64,000 bases of DNA from an uncultured Oligoflexia bacterium (GTDB lineage Bacteria; Bdellovibrionota; Bacteriovoracia; Bacteriovoracales; Bacteriovoracaceae). Numbering within the stretch: the first letter of the stretch is position 1; each line of letters begins with the position of its first letter. Where the stretch lies: assembly GCA_964015265.1 (NCBI GenBank), contig CAXHCD010000010.1, positions 7,001 to 71,000 on the forward strand. Direction: 5' to 3'. The notes below the pieces were generated by a model, which had not been told where the DNA came from, searched no databases, and worked only from the letters and a program-made list of their open reading frames with translations. The position numbers were made by a program, and so were the translations under genes. Shown here piece after piece: positions 1 to 10,473 of this stretch.

Positions 1-624
1 GGGAAAAAAGTAGCTTTATTTGCACTACCAGGAGCATTTACACCTACTTGTTCATCTACTCATTTACCAAGATATAACGAGTTATATGAAGACTTTAAAG
101 CAGCTGGTGTAGATGATGTGATTTGTCTTTCTGTAAATGATTCATTTGTAATGAACTCTTGGAAAGAAGATCAAAAAGCAGAAAACATTACAATGCTTCC
201 AGATGGCAATGGTGAATTGTCTGAAGCACTAGGTTTTTTAGTAGATAAGACTGACTTAGGTTTTGGAAAAAGAACATGGAGATACTCTATGGTTGTAAAC
301 GATGGAGTAATCGAAAAAATGTTCATCGAAGAAGATCTCCCAGGAGATCCATTTAATGTATCAAATGCTGAAACTATGTTAGAATATTTAGGAGCTAATA
401 TATCTAAATCAATAACTATTTATACTAGACCGGGTTGTTCATTTTGTTCAGAAGCAAAAAGCTTATTGAATAAAAATGGCCTGAAATATGAAGAGCATAT
501 TCTAAATAAAGACTATTCTGTTAAAACTCTTGTAGCTATCTCTGGATCTACAAAAGTCCCCCAAATTTTTATTAATGGTGAAAGAGTTGGTGGTGCGCAA
601 GAGTTATCTAAAATCCTATCTTGA
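1..624 (+). CDS. Hybrid peroxiredoxin (Prx5-type)/glutaredoxin; 5-prime end lies outside the window
   Basis: Frame 1 is open from base 1 (GKKVALFALPGAFTPTCSSTHLP, the Prx5 peroxidatic-Cys motif). The C-terminal Grx domain has RPGCSFC (CxxC) and KVPQIFINGERVGG. The ORF-track start at 118 is internal. Confidence 0.8.
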   Translation, partial: GKKVALFALPGAFTPTCSSTHLPRYNELYEDFKAAGVDDVICLSVNDSFVMNSWKEDQKAENITMLPDGNGELSEALGFLVDKTDLGFGKRTWRYSMVVNDGVIEKMFIEEDLPGDPFNVSNAETMLEYLGANISKSITIYTRPGCSFCSEAKSLLNKNGLKYEEHILNKDYSVKTLVAISGSTKVPQIFINGERVGGAQELSKILS

Positions 625-631
625 GATAATT

Positions 632-655
632 GGCCCCGAAAGGGGCCTCTTCTTA
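632..655 (+). terminator. Rho-independent terminator after the Prx-Grx gene
   Basis: GGCCCC-GAAA-GGGGCC hairpin (632-647) followed by TCTTCTT. Confidence 0.6.
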
Positions 656-686
656 ATTAATTTCTAAGAATTCCGATAAATAAATT

Positions 687-1025
687 GTGAGAAGCTTATT
701 GTTTTTTCTATTTATATTTTCTTCATGCGGAATTAAAAATAAAAATTCAAATGAAACTAATAGCAATATCAGTGCTTTAGAAGCTCAATATAATTATAAA
801 TATTGTGGAAATCTTGAGTATAGGAATTCAAACCTGAGTTCATCTGTCGGACATTTTCTCACGGTTGATACTACTTCATATGTGGTAATGGGGGCCAATA
901 GTGATATTAACTCTCAAATTTCATCTATATCAAGTTCGGCCAACGTATGCGCCTTTACTAACACTCAATCAGCACAAGGTTATGAAGGTTTAGTTATTGT
1001 TGTTGAAGCTCTTTCTTTTCTTTAA
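687..1025 (+). CDS. Small putative lipoprotein (GTG start)
   Basis: N-terminus MRSLLFFLFIFSSCG has a lipobox-like FSSC. I recognise no family. Confidence 0.4.
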   Translation: MRSLLFFLFIFSSCGIKNKNSNETNSNISALEAQYNYKYCGNLEYRNSNLSSSVGHFLTVDTTSYVVMGANSDINSQISSISSSANVCAFTNTQSAQGYEGLVIVVEALSFL

Positions 1026-1034
1026 AATAATAAA

Positions 1035-3056
1035 GTGAAAAAAATTTTATTTTATTTAGTCATATTTATTTCTGCATTTTTAATGTTTTTTATTCAACCT
1101 TTAATAGGCAGAATTATTACTCCTCATTTTGGCGGTAGTGCTCAAGTTTGGAGTGTTTTATTATTATTTTTTCAATTAACATTATTTTTCGGGTATTTAC
1201 TTTCACACTGTATTTTAAGAATCACTAAGAAAAAACAAGTTTTAATCTATTCTTTATTATATGTTTTAGGTTTAATAGTTTTTAGCTTTTATTCAGACTT
1301 TTCATTTAATTGGGTAACTCAGAACTCGCCATCATATTCAATTCTATCGTATCTTTTTGTTAATTTATTTTTTCCATGCTTATTAATATCTTCCGTGAGT
1401 ACATATTTTCAAAAAGCATATGACTTTTTAAATCTTGGGAAAGCCTATAGATTATATGCTTTATCAAACTTAGGCTCATTAATTTGTTTATTATTATTTC
1501 CACTATTATTAGAACCTATTTTAGATAATCAAGAGTTGTTAAAAACTTGGAAACTACTATGTGCTATAGATCTAGTAATAATATTTATTATTTTAGGTAT
1601 ATTGTATTTTAAAAACGATTCAGGTGAAATAAAAACTGAAAAGATTAATTTTGATCAAGCCAAAATTAACCAAATAAAATGGATCTTATATAGTGCTTTT
1701 GGAACTTCTTTATTGGTTTCTGTTACACAATACACGACATCTGAAATAGCACCTGTTCCAGTTATTTGGATAATACCATTGATGATATATTTAATAAGTT
1801 TCATTTTAATTTATAAAAAAAATGGAATATATGATCATGAATCAAGAACAAGTATAATTTATTTAACTCAAATTTTAATTTTTTATTTTATTTTCTCTTC
1901 GAGTTTAGGAGTTGGAGACTATTTAGTTTCATTTTTAATTTATTTTTTGGCCCTTGTAATTTTACATGGTGAAATATACTTGATTAGACCTAATGAAAAA
2001 TATTTATCTACGTACTATTTATATATTTCACTTGGAGGTGCATTAGGAGGAATATTTTCCAATCTAGTTTTACCATTATTATTAAGTATTAATAGAGATT
2101 ATCAATTTAGCATGCTTTTGTTTATTATTCTTACTTTCTATATTTTGAAGAAAGAAAATTTATCTATTTATAAACAAAAAAGAATCGAAAATTTATATCA
2201 CTTTTCAGTATTATTATTAACAATTGGTGGATTATATATTTTATATGAAAAAACTTTAATGCATAAACATTATAGAAATTTTTATGGATCTATTTCAATT
2301 GAAGAATATAAAACTCATAAAAAATTAGTCCATGGTGTAACCACCCATGGAATTGAGTTGCAAAATTCAACTGTTCCAACTTCTTATTATCATCCAGCAT
2401 CACCTTTTTCTTTAGTATTTAATTTTTTAAAAAGTGAAAAAATAAATATTGATATTGTAAATATAGGTCTTGGAATCGGGACGATCGCCTCTTATTTAGA
2501 AAATGGTGATAATTTGCATTTTATAGAACTTGATCCAAAAATTGTTAGCATTGCTAAAAATGAGTTTAGCTTTCTAAAAAAATCTAAGGGCAATATTAGT
2601 ATAGATATTGGAGATGGGAGAAAAGTTTTAGAAAGAGATAATTCTAAATATGATCTAGTCTTTTTGGATGCATATAATAGTGATGCCGTTCCTGTTCACT
2701 TGTTAACTAAAGAGGCGATTGAAATGTACATGGAAAAGCTGGGTGATAAGGGCATAATCTTGTTTCATTTATCTAGTAGGTACTTAAATTTATATAAAAT
2801 GTGTGATGCATTAGCAAAGGAATTAGGATTATTAAATTTAGTTATATTAGATCACACAAATGATCAATTTAGTTCAAAGTCAATTTATTCTATAATGATT
2901 AAATCAGTTTCACATCTAGATAAATTAAAAGCCAGACTTAAAAGTGAAAAGTATAGTGATTTAAGAGAATTAAAATTTAAAAAAATAAATTCAAAAGTAT
3001 GGACAGATTCTTATAGTAGTATATTTGAAATCTTAAAATTTAAAGAAGAAATCTAG
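1035..3056 (+). CDS. Polytopic membrane protein fused to a spermidine-synthase-like (class I MTase fold) domain
   Basis: About 400 aa of hydrophobic helices. The C-terminal domain has VNIGLGIGTIASYL, FIELDP and DLVFLDAYNSDAVPVHLLTKEA, typical of spermidine-synthase-like folds. GTG start. Confidence 0.6.
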   Translation: MKKILFYLVIFISAFLMFFIQPLIGRIITPHFGGSAQVWSVLLLFFQLTLFFGYLLSHCILRITKKKQVLIYSLLYVLGLIVFSFYSDFSFNWVTQNSPSYSILSYLFVNLFFPCLLISSVSTYFQKAYDFLNLGKAYRLYALSNLGSLICLLLFPLLLEPILDNQELLKTWKLLCAIDLVIIFIILGILYFKNDSGEIKTEKINFDQAKINQIKWILYSAFGTSLLVSVTQYTTSEIAPVPVIWIIPLMIYLISFILIYKKNGIYDHESRTSIIYLTQILIFYFIFSSSLGVGDYLVSFLIYFLALVILHGEIYLIRPNEKYLSTYYLYISLGGALGGIFSNLVLPLLLSINRDYQFSMLLFIILTFYILKKENLSIYKQKRIENLYHFSVLLLTIGGLYILYEKTLMHKHYRNFYGSISIEEYKTHKKLVHGVTTHGIELQNSTVPTSYYHPASPFSLVFNFLKSEKINIDIVNIGLGIGTIASYLENGDNLHFIELDPKIVSIAKNEFSFLKKSKGNISIDIGDGRKVLERDNSKYDLVFLDAYNSDAVPVHLLTKEAIEMYMEKLGDKGIILFHLSSRYLNLYKMCDALAKELGLLNLVILDHTNDQFSSKSIYSIMIKSVSHLDKLKARLKSEKYSDLRELKFKKINSKVWTDSYSSIFEILKFKEEI

Positions 3057-4987
3057 TCTACTGAAGGAAAGTATTCAACTTGATCACTAATTTTATGATT
3101 TGCTGGAAAATCAATTGCTAGATTATCAATTGAATAAATTGTCTCATCTAGGTTTAATGATTTTCTTAGTTTTTCCATTGTTTCAGGTGCAAAAGGATAA
3201 ATCATAATCAATATGTTTTTTAGTATATAAAAACTTGAATATAATGCATCAATTCTATCTTGTTCTGGCATTCTGTCGTCGTGTGGTTTATATACATTAA
3301 ACAAACTATTAATTATCCGAGCATAGTTTTCAAGTGCACCTAATGCTTTAGCATATTCAGCTCTTTCCATGAAACGTGTATATGACTGAACTATTTTTTG
3401 AGTTTCTTTTTCTGTTTTACCTATGAACTTACCTTTAGGAACAACTCCACCAAATTTTGAATGGCATGCAGAAATTGGCCTTTCAAAAGAAGCATTCATA
3501 GGACCAGCAAGAAATTGATTTTTACTTTTAAAATTTTCAAAATCAAAATTTGAGGCTTTCTCAGATAAACTTAATGAAGAAAGAAAGTATCTAACTTGAT
3601 CTGGACTATAATTCATTTCATCAATTAATTGGTCTGCTGAATAAAAGTTTCCTTTAGATTTACTCATTTTCTCACCTTCAATCTGGAGGTGAAAATTACT
3701 AAATATTTCAGTCATTTGATATTCATTATTTTCTGGTAGTCTAAGAGGATCAGATTGAGTTCCAAGCCACATTGATCCTTGCATGAGTACATAGAAGAAT
3801 ACATTGTCAGTTCCAAGAAACTGATAAACCTTAGCGTCTTTGTTACACCAATAATCTTTAAACTGATTAGGATCTTGACCTTGTTTTTTTAAAGCTACTT
3901 TTGTGAAAGATATGGGTGCAATTAAAGATTCTGGCCATACATATAAAGTTTTACCCTTCATCGATGGGTCAATATCTTCTGGAACTGGAATTGCCCATTT
4001 AATATCTCTCGTAATTGATCTATGTGCCCAGCCATCATTAAGTTCGCTCTCAATTTCATTTTCTTTTAATAATGTCTTAGCAATCTCTAAGTCATTAAGA
4101 CCTTCAAATTGAAGAGCAACTTTTTTTCCTGGAGCATATCTACTTTTATGTTTGGGGAGTTGATCTTTAATTGACTTATATTTTTCTTCTAGTTTATTAG
4201 AAAATAAAACACATGGAAGAACTGTTCCAAGTACTTCCTGAAGTATAGATTTTCTCCAACTTTTTTGTTTTGAATTTAACCACTCAATTAATGGGTCTGT
4301 AACTTTCCACATATCTAGATACCAATGGTCTGTATCTTTAAGAATGGGAGTAGCATCACTTACAGTACTTTTAGGGTTTTGAAGTTCTCTAGGGTCATAT
4401 TTAGAGCCACAATCATCACACTCATCACTATAAGCTTGTTCGTTAGAACAGTTTTCGTTTGGACAAATACCAACAACAAATCTGTCCGGAAGAAACATAT
4501 TTAATTTTGTATCATACCATTGGCTACTTGTTCTTTTTTCAAGCATTCCATTTTTGTATAGTTTTCTTAAAAAATCCTGGCATAGTTCAACATGATCGTT
4601 GTAGTTTTCTTCTCTTGAAGTTCCGGTATATACATTTAAAGAGATAGAGTATCTATCCATTGTTTTTTGTTGTTTTTCGTGAATTTGAGCAATGAATTCC
4701 TCAGACTTTAAACCAAGTTTTTTGGCAGCTACTTCACTATTTGATCCATGATCATCAGTTCCACACACGAATAAAACATTTTCATTTCCAATTAATAACC
4801 TTGTCCATCTAGCGAAAATATCTGCTGGAACATGGGCCCCTGCAAGGTGTCCTATGTGAACTGGTCCATTTGCGTATGGCATTCCAGCTGTAATAACTGC
4901 TTTCTTAGGTCTTGAAATTCTTCCTAGGATTGAAGGGATGTCCTGTTTTGGTCTTTTGTCTTGGTTGTCTTTATTTTTTGTGCTCAT
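3053..4987 (-). CDS. metG: Methionine--tRNA ligase
   Basis: HIGH motif (PVHIGHLAG), KMSKS motif (GEKMSKSKGN) and a Zn-knuckle CPNENC...CDDCG. Overall MetRS layout. Confidence 0.95.
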   Translation of the reverse strand: MSTKNKDNQDKRPKQDIPSILGRISRPKKAVITAGMPYANGPVHIGHLAGAHVPADIFARWTRLLIGNENVLFVCGTDDHGSNSEVAAKKLGLKSEEFIAQIHEKQQKTMDRYSISLNVYTGTSREENYNDHVELCQDFLRKLYKNGMLEKRTSSQWYDTKLNMFLPDRFVVGICPNENCSNEQAYSDECDDCGSKYDPRELQNPKSTVSDATPILKDTDHWYLDMWKVTDPLIEWLNSKQKSWRKSILQEVLGTVLPCVLFSNKLEEKYKSIKDQLPKHKSRYAPGKKVALQFEGLNDLEIAKTLLKENEIESELNDGWAHRSITRDIKWAIPVPEDIDPSMKGKTLYVWPESLIAPISFTKVALKKQGQDPNQFKDYWCNKDAKVYQFLGTDNVFFYVLMQGSMWLGTQSDPLRLPENNEYQMTEIFSNFHLQIEGEKMSKSKGNFYSADQLIDEMNYSPDQVRYFLSSLSLSEKASNFDFENFKSKNQFLAGPMNASFERPISACHSKFGGVVPKGKFIGKTEKETQKIVQSYTRFMERAEYAKALGALENYARIINSLFNVYKPHDDRMPEQDRIDALYSSFYILKNILIMIYPFAPETMEKLRKSLNLDETIYSIDNLAIDFPANHKISDQVEYFPSVD

Positions 4988-5154
4988 CTTGTATTTTTAG
5001 CATTTTAAGTAAGATTTAGTCTACATTTTGAAGTGTTGCGTTGCGTCTGTTTTTGCGCCGTTGCATAACTTTTACTTATTACATTTATTTAATTTTCCTA
5101 TTTTATTTATACAAAGTTAAATCATAGTCTAGCTTCAGATAACCTAAGGGGAAA

Positions 5155-5391
5155 ATGATGAATACAAAATGGCATAATGAAGATTTAACAGCTTATATAC
5201 TTGGTAATCTAGTAGAAATATCAAATTTTCAAGAAAATGTAACAAACTTAGATTCAATCAATTCAATTCATAAAGAAAAGATTTCAAAGGCCATAAGTAA
5301 TAAAGAGAAATTTGTCTTTTATTGGACGTTTAATGAAAAGTTAAAAAACAAAGGTAACCTATGTGAGAATTTGTATATTTTTGTATCATAG
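5155..5391 (+). CDS. Hypothetical small protein
   Basis: 78-aa ORF with AAGGGGA 6 nt upstream of ATG. No recognisable motif. Confidence 0.3.
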   Translation: MMNTKWHNEDLTAYILGNLVEISNFQENVTNLDSINSIHKEKISKAISNKEKFVFYWTFNEKLKNKGNLCENLYIFVS

Positions 5392-5922
5392 ATTATTTAA
5401 AAATTTTTCAATCTCCTTACGAGATCTTAATTGATGAAATGAAATATGTGAATAATTTGGGTCATTTATCATTTGATTATATCTTGATATATTTTTTTTA
5501 TAGGTTTTTATAAGCCATAAAATTATAGAGTCTTTTGAAAACATTCGACTAAAAGATTCTTTATTTCCTGTTCCTTCCCAAATTTCATTTTTAAGAATGG
5601 CCCTCTTAAGAGATCTTGAAATATTTTGATAAAGCGTTTGCCAAAGTGGAAGATTGAGCCAGATTACAGTATCTGCCTTAGGCCAGGTGAGATGATTTGT
5701 ACGTCTATAGTTTCCATCTAGAACCCACGAGTCTTCTTGTGTGGCACTTATAATTTTATCGAAAAACTCTTCGTCTGTACTCTCTGTCCAGTTAGGTTTC
5801 CAAAATAAATTATCTAGTTCAATATGTGAGTAACCTAGTTTTCTGGATAATTTTCGAGCAAAAGTAGATTTACCACTACTAGTAGATCCAACTATTATAA
5901 TTTTCTTCAAAAACTCCTCCAA
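5386..5922 (-). CDS. P-loop NTPase, adenylate-kinase/topology-modulation-like
   Basis: Walker A VGSTSSGKSTFARKL at the N-terminus. Its size (178 aa) and layout fit small AAA/kinase-fold proteins. Confidence 0.6.
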   Translation of the reverse strand: MEEFLKKIIIVGSTSSGKSTFARKLSRKLGYSHIELDNLFWKPNWTESTDEEFFDKIISATQEDSWVLDGNYRRTNHLTWPKADTVIWLNLPLWQTLYQNISRSLKRAILKNEIWEGTGNKESFSRMFSKDSIILWLIKTYKKNISRYNQMINDPNYSHISFHQLRSRKEIEKFLNNL

Positions 5923-6060
5923 AATTCTATTGAAATCAGATAGTTATGTGTAATTTTATTGTGAAATAGCGAGTATACAAAAATATTAGTGATTAAGGTA
6001 GCTTTTACATAAAGCGTGAAGAAACATTGATTTTCTTCTTATTCATAGTATCTATTTATA

Positions 6061-7689
6061 ATGAGAGTCATTGTTTATATATTTCTTGTTTTTTTCAGCC
6101 TTAAGGCTAACTGTACTTTGCTTCAAGGGCGAACTTTTCGACAAAATGAAAGAATGGACATTAACTTAAATGGTGAATGGCTTTTTAAAAGAGATTCTGA
6201 GCAAAAACTAGAAAAAATAATCGTGCCTGGGACATGGAATCTCAAAAAATTCTATGGAAATGAGGATCATCTCGAATTAAATGGAAAGTTTAATTATTAT
6301 AAAACTTTTAACTATACCAAAGAAAAAGACTCTTATCCTGTGCTAACGATTGAGCAGGCTTTTAAATCTTATAAAGTTTATTTAAATGAAAAGTTTGTAG
6401 GGGAGTTTAAACATCCATATTTAAGTGCACAGTTTGACCTCACCGATTATGTTTATGAAGGGAAAAACGAACTTAAAATTATTGTAAGTAATTTAATTAA
6501 TAATAAAACATTACCTACGAAGAGCTTTTTACACGGAAAAAAGCTTGGCTGGTTTCCATATGGTGGTATAACGGGAAGAACTTTTATTACGAATGAAAAA
6601 TGTGATTCTCCATGGCAAGTTAAAATTCAACAAGGAAATGTTTATTATAATACTTTTTGTAATTTAAAATTTAGAAAAAAGATTATCACTAAAAAAGAAG
6701 GCGAATTGGTAATTAATGATTTTAACTATAAGTATAAAGTTAAAAATAATTATGTGGAAAACAAGAAAATATATATTGATAACTCAGAATTTAAAATCAA
6801 GGGAATGAATAGACATGCTGATAGTTTTGAAAATGGCCCAGTTTTTGACTTTAGAGATGCAAAAAAAGATATAGAGTTATTAAAAGATTTAAATGTTAAC
6901 TTTATAAGATCTGGTCATTATCCAAATGATCCAAGATTTTTAAATCTATTAGATGAAAATAATATTAAATACGTACAAGAAGTTCCGATTTACCAATGGG
7001 GAGTAAAACAACTTAGAAATAAAAAGTTGAAAATGTTGGCCCATGACTACTTAAATCGATTAATGATTAGAGATTCTATTAGGCCAGGCTTTGTTATGGT
7101 TTCTCTCGCAAATGAAGAAGCCCATTGGTTTAAATCATGTGGTAAACTCATCAAATCTTTACATCGAGAAGTTAAAAGCTTTGATTCATCTATGCTTACA
7201 TTTAAAGCGGTTCTTTCCTATCCTAAAATTGCTACTTCATTAAATATTGTAAATGATAGATGTTCTGATTCAGTAGATGTAATAGGAATTAATAATTATG
7301 CAGGTTGGTATTTTGGTAAGACCAAATATTTGAGATATTCAATAGATAAGTATAGACAAAAATTTCCAAAAAAGCCTTTGTTTTTATCAGAATTTGAAGC
7401 AGGTTCAATTTATGGAAAATCAGGTGAAGTTGATGGGGAAGAGAATGTATTTGATCATAGTTTTTCTGAAGATTTTCAAGATTGGTTTATATCTCAATTT
7501 TTTAAAATTGGTGAAGAAAGTGGTGAGTTAGTTGGGTACATGCCATGGGTATTAAGTGATTTTAGAACTCAATGGACAATTGGAACAAATAAAGAAACAT
7601 TGGGTTTTAATTTAAAAGGTGTAACTACTTACAAAAAAGAAAAGAAAAAAGCGTATTTTAGAATTAAATCATTTTATCAAAATAAATAA
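6061..7689 (+). CDS. Secreted glycoside hydrolase family 2-like protein
   Basis: Signal peptide. GMNRHADSF, IRSGHYPNDPRF and SLANEE motifs resemble the GH2 TIM-barrel core. Confidence 0.65.
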   Translation: MRVIVYIFLVFFSLKANCTLLQGRTFRQNERMDINLNGEWLFKRDSEQKLEKIIVPGTWNLKKFYGNEDHLELNGKFNYYKTFNYTKEKDSYPVLTIEQAFKSYKVYLNEKFVGEFKHPYLSAQFDLTDYVYEGKNELKIIVSNLINNKTLPTKSFLHGKKLGWFPYGGITGRTFITNEKCDSPWQVKIQQGNVYYNTFCNLKFRKKIITKKEGELVINDFNYKYKVKNNYVENKKIYIDNSEFKIKGMNRHADSFENGPVFDFRDAKKDIELLKDLNVNFIRSGHYPNDPRFLNLLDENNIKYVQEVPIYQWGVKQLRNKKLKMLAHDYLNRLMIRDSIRPGFVMVSLANEEAHWFKSCGKLIKSLHREVKSFDSSMLTFKAVLSYPKIATSLNIVNDRCSDSVDVIGINNYAGWYFGKTKYLRYSIDKYRQKFPKKPLFLSEFEAGSIYGKSGEVDGEENVFDHSFSEDFQDWFISQFFKIGEESGELVGYMPWVLSDFRTQWTIGTNKETLGFNLKGVTTYKKEKKKAYFRIKSFYQNK

Positions 7690-7876
7690 TCATATTAATT
7701 TATAGCTATTTCTTGAATTATTTTCAGGATTTAGGACGTGTTTTCTTTAAATAAGTCTGTCAAAAATTTGTACATTAACACTCTCTAACTAGCTGAAATC
7801 AAAAATAAAGTTTGGCATAAATCTTGATCTATATGCACTCAAAGAGCACTTAAAAAATTAAAAGAGGAATTTTATT

Positions 7877-10459
7877 TTGAAAAAATTATTTTTAATCAGT
7901 TACGTTTTATTTATGTTTTCTAGTGTTAATGCGTTTTCACAAGAAAACTGGACACCAGACTTATCAACTACAGAAGAACGGTTAAATTTTTTGGCCACAC
8001 TCTATAAAGAGCATCCTCATTTTCCAACGGCCAATAATGCATCTCTCGTTGATCCTTTTAAAGTATTAAATAGGGCAATGAACTTAATAAATGAATTGGG
8101 TGATAATGCTCATTCAATAGAAATTATTCCTGCTAATGTTAAGGGAGTTACTTATACAAATTCATCAAGCTTTAGTTATGATGAAAAGGCCATAGAAGAG
8201 TTCAAAAAAGAAATTAATAACTCTATTGATAAATTAGAAGGAGAAATACCTAGCTTTAGTAATGTCAGAAATGACTTTACAGAAATATCTCAGAAAAATG
8301 AAAAACTGGTTGATGATTTTTTAAAAATTTCACCTCTTATATATAATTTTGAAAATATTGCAGTTATAGAAGAGTTCAATTCTCAAACGTTAAAAGAAAA
8401 AATTGCATCATTAGAAGCTGCTGACATTGATAATTTATATGATGATTTATTAAAAAATCATATCATGCCAGATATTCAAGAAATTTCAAAGGGTCAATTA
8501 ATACAAAAAGTTCAAAGCTTTATAAATCAGTTTATCAATAAAACAGTTAAGAAAACTTTAGTTGTTAAATCTTCAGATGGAAAATCGCTTAAGACAACAA
8601 CATTAACTTTACAAAAAGCTCCTACATTAGTTGGATTATTTAGAGGTTGTGCTGGTTCTGATTGTTCTATGAGCACTGTTGCTACATATGTTATGGATAA
8701 GGATGCAGATGTTTATTGGATTAGAAAGAGTAGCGATCTATCACAAAAACCTGATGGTTATGTAATTGTAACTAAAGCTAAATATAATGGGAGGCAATAC
8801 CCTTATATTGTAACGGTTAATGGAAAAAAGCTCGGTGTTGAGGATACGAAGGTTATTCATTCACTAATTGCAAAAGAGTATAGCTCAAACAACTTAATAC
8901 TTACTGACGTTTCAAAAAATTCTTGGACTATGAATACGAATCAAGTAAGACAAGGTTTTAATTATCCGGAGTCTCAAAGTATAGAAGCAGATCTTAGTGA
9001 AGGTTGGAAGAGAGTCTCCAGCTCGGCCAATAGAGGAGAAGGTACAAATTATTATGCTCCTGAAAAATTAAAGACAGCAAAATTTGTAAATATAGAGAGT
9101 GAACAAAATAAATTAAAAATAAGTGTTGTAAGAAATTATCTTATAGAAAATTATAATCCATACAAAAAAGTTGATAATTTAAACTCTTTAACTACTTATG
9201 AAAAGGCCGTATTAGCTTCTCAAGCATTAGAGCAGTCTTCAAATGAAGCAGCTCAAGTAAAAAGTATTTTATCTGTGAATGACTCTCAAATTAAGTTAGC
9301 TTCGAGTGTTAATAAGTCTCTTACGTCAAATAGTGCAATTAGTTTTAATACATTTATGAGACTTGTAGAGGAATTAGATTTTAAATTTGAGGAACTATAT
9401 AATTTAAATATAACTATAAGAGGAGCAACCATTGGTAACCTTTATAAATCTAGAGGCCTAATTCCAATGAAATTTGCAAATGATGATGTATGGGGCAAAT
9501 TAGTACGTGAAACTTATGGAACTTTGAAGCATCAATTTGTTCAAGTTCTTGAAATGGTGAAGACTGAAGGCTGGACTGATCAGAATAAGAAATTAGCACA
9601 AGAAGCAATTCTTAATATGTACGCTATGCCATCTAAATATATTCAAAATTTTTATAAAGATATTGAGTTTTTCTTTAGTGAGTTAGATGAAGGTTTTCGA
9701 AAGACAATTGTCTCTAGGATATTACACTTTGTAAGCTATGATGAAAAAGAATTTACTAAGCTTGTTGATTTTCTAAAGGATGAATGGGTAAGAACTTATT
9801 TAATTGAAAATGAAGGTGAGCTATTTAAAAACTTGCTTACAAAAACTATAGAGTATCCCAAGTTGCAAGCTAAAAGAGCGGAATTAATTGATTACTATAT
9901 TACTCAAGGAGAATTTGGTAGATATAATTTTAAAAGAGCTCAATTTTATATGGAATTATATTTATTTAATGACGTTGACAGTCCTGTTGATAAGTTCAGT
10001 GAATTTGTAAAGTTAACAATTTTTAAAGATGAAGTTAAAGGAAGTAATGATTCAGCAGCTCTTATATCTGAATCTTTAAAAGTTTTATTAAAAAATATAA
10101 ATAATGAAGAAGATTTGAAGAAACTAGTTACTATTTTCAACCAAGAAGATTTATACCGAAAAATAGGTGTTGATAATATTCTTATTGATAATATGAATTT
10201 ACTTTCAAAATTATTTAAGAATAATCAGGATCTAGCAGTTCTCAGGCAAAATATTTATACAAGTTATATTGCGAGAGTTAAATGTGGAGGACATGATTAT
10301 TGTGCAAAAGTTGTTACTGGTTTTGTCGTTGAGGATATTAAAACGATTGAAGATCTATATGCCAAAGCAAAAGAGGCCCAAAAAATTGATTTTTCTAAGG
10401 AAAGAGCAAAATTTATTAATGCATGTGCTTTAAAACTTACAGAGTTTTTAGAATTATAA
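7877..10459 (+). CDS. Large secreted hypothetical protein (TTG start)
   Basis: 860-aa uninterrupted ORF with signal peptide MKKLFLISYVLFMFSSVNA. Conspicuous GLFRGCAGSDCS segment. No family recognised. Confidence 0.6.
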   Translation: MKKLFLISYVLFMFSSVNAFSQENWTPDLSTTEERLNFLATLYKEHPHFPTANNASLVDPFKVLNRAMNLINELGDNAHSIEIIPANVKGVTYTNSSSFSYDEKAIEEFKKEINNSIDKLEGEIPSFSNVRNDFTEISQKNEKLVDDFLKISPLIYNFENIAVIEEFNSQTLKEKIASLEAADIDNLYDDLLKNHIMPDIQEISKGQLIQKVQSFINQFINKTVKKTLVVKSSDGKSLKTTTLTLQKAPTLVGLFRGCAGSDCSMSTVATYVMDKDADVYWIRKSSDLSQKPDGYVIVTKAKYNGRQYPYIVTVNGKKLGVEDTKVIHSLIAKEYSSNNLILTDVSKNSWTMNTNQVRQGFNYPESQSIEADLSEGWKRVSSSANRGEGTNYYAPEKLKTAKFVNIESEQNKLKISVVRNYLIENYNPYKKVDNLNSLTTYEKAVLASQALEQSSNEAAQVKSILSVNDSQIKLASSVNKSLTSNSAISFNTFMRLVEELDFKFEELYNLNITIRGATIGNLYKSRGLIPMKFANDDVWGKLVRETYGTLKHQFVQVLEMVKTEGWTDQNKKLAQEAILNMYAMPSKYIQNFYKDIEFFFSELDEGFRKTIVSRILHFVSYDEKEFTKLVDFLKDEWVRTYLIENEGELFKNLLTKTIEYPKLQAKRAELIDYYITQGEFGRYNFKRAQFYMELYLFNDVDSPVDKFSEFVKLTIFKDEVKGSNDSAALISESLKVLLKNINNEEDLKKLVTIFNQEDLYRKIGVDNILIDNMNLLSKLFKNNQDLAVLRQNIYTSYIARVKCGGHDYCAKVVTGFVVEDIKTIEDLYAKAKEAQKIDFSKERAKFINACALKLTEFLEL

Positions 10460-10473
10460 AATAAATAGCCTCG

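Noticed and set aside
3903-4647. ORFs 3903-4112 (+) and 4459-4647 (+) from the six-frame track
   Set aside because: They lie entirely antisense within metG, whose reading frame has unambiguous HIGH/KMSKS motifs. Their composition is low-complexity and they have no Shine-Dalgarno.
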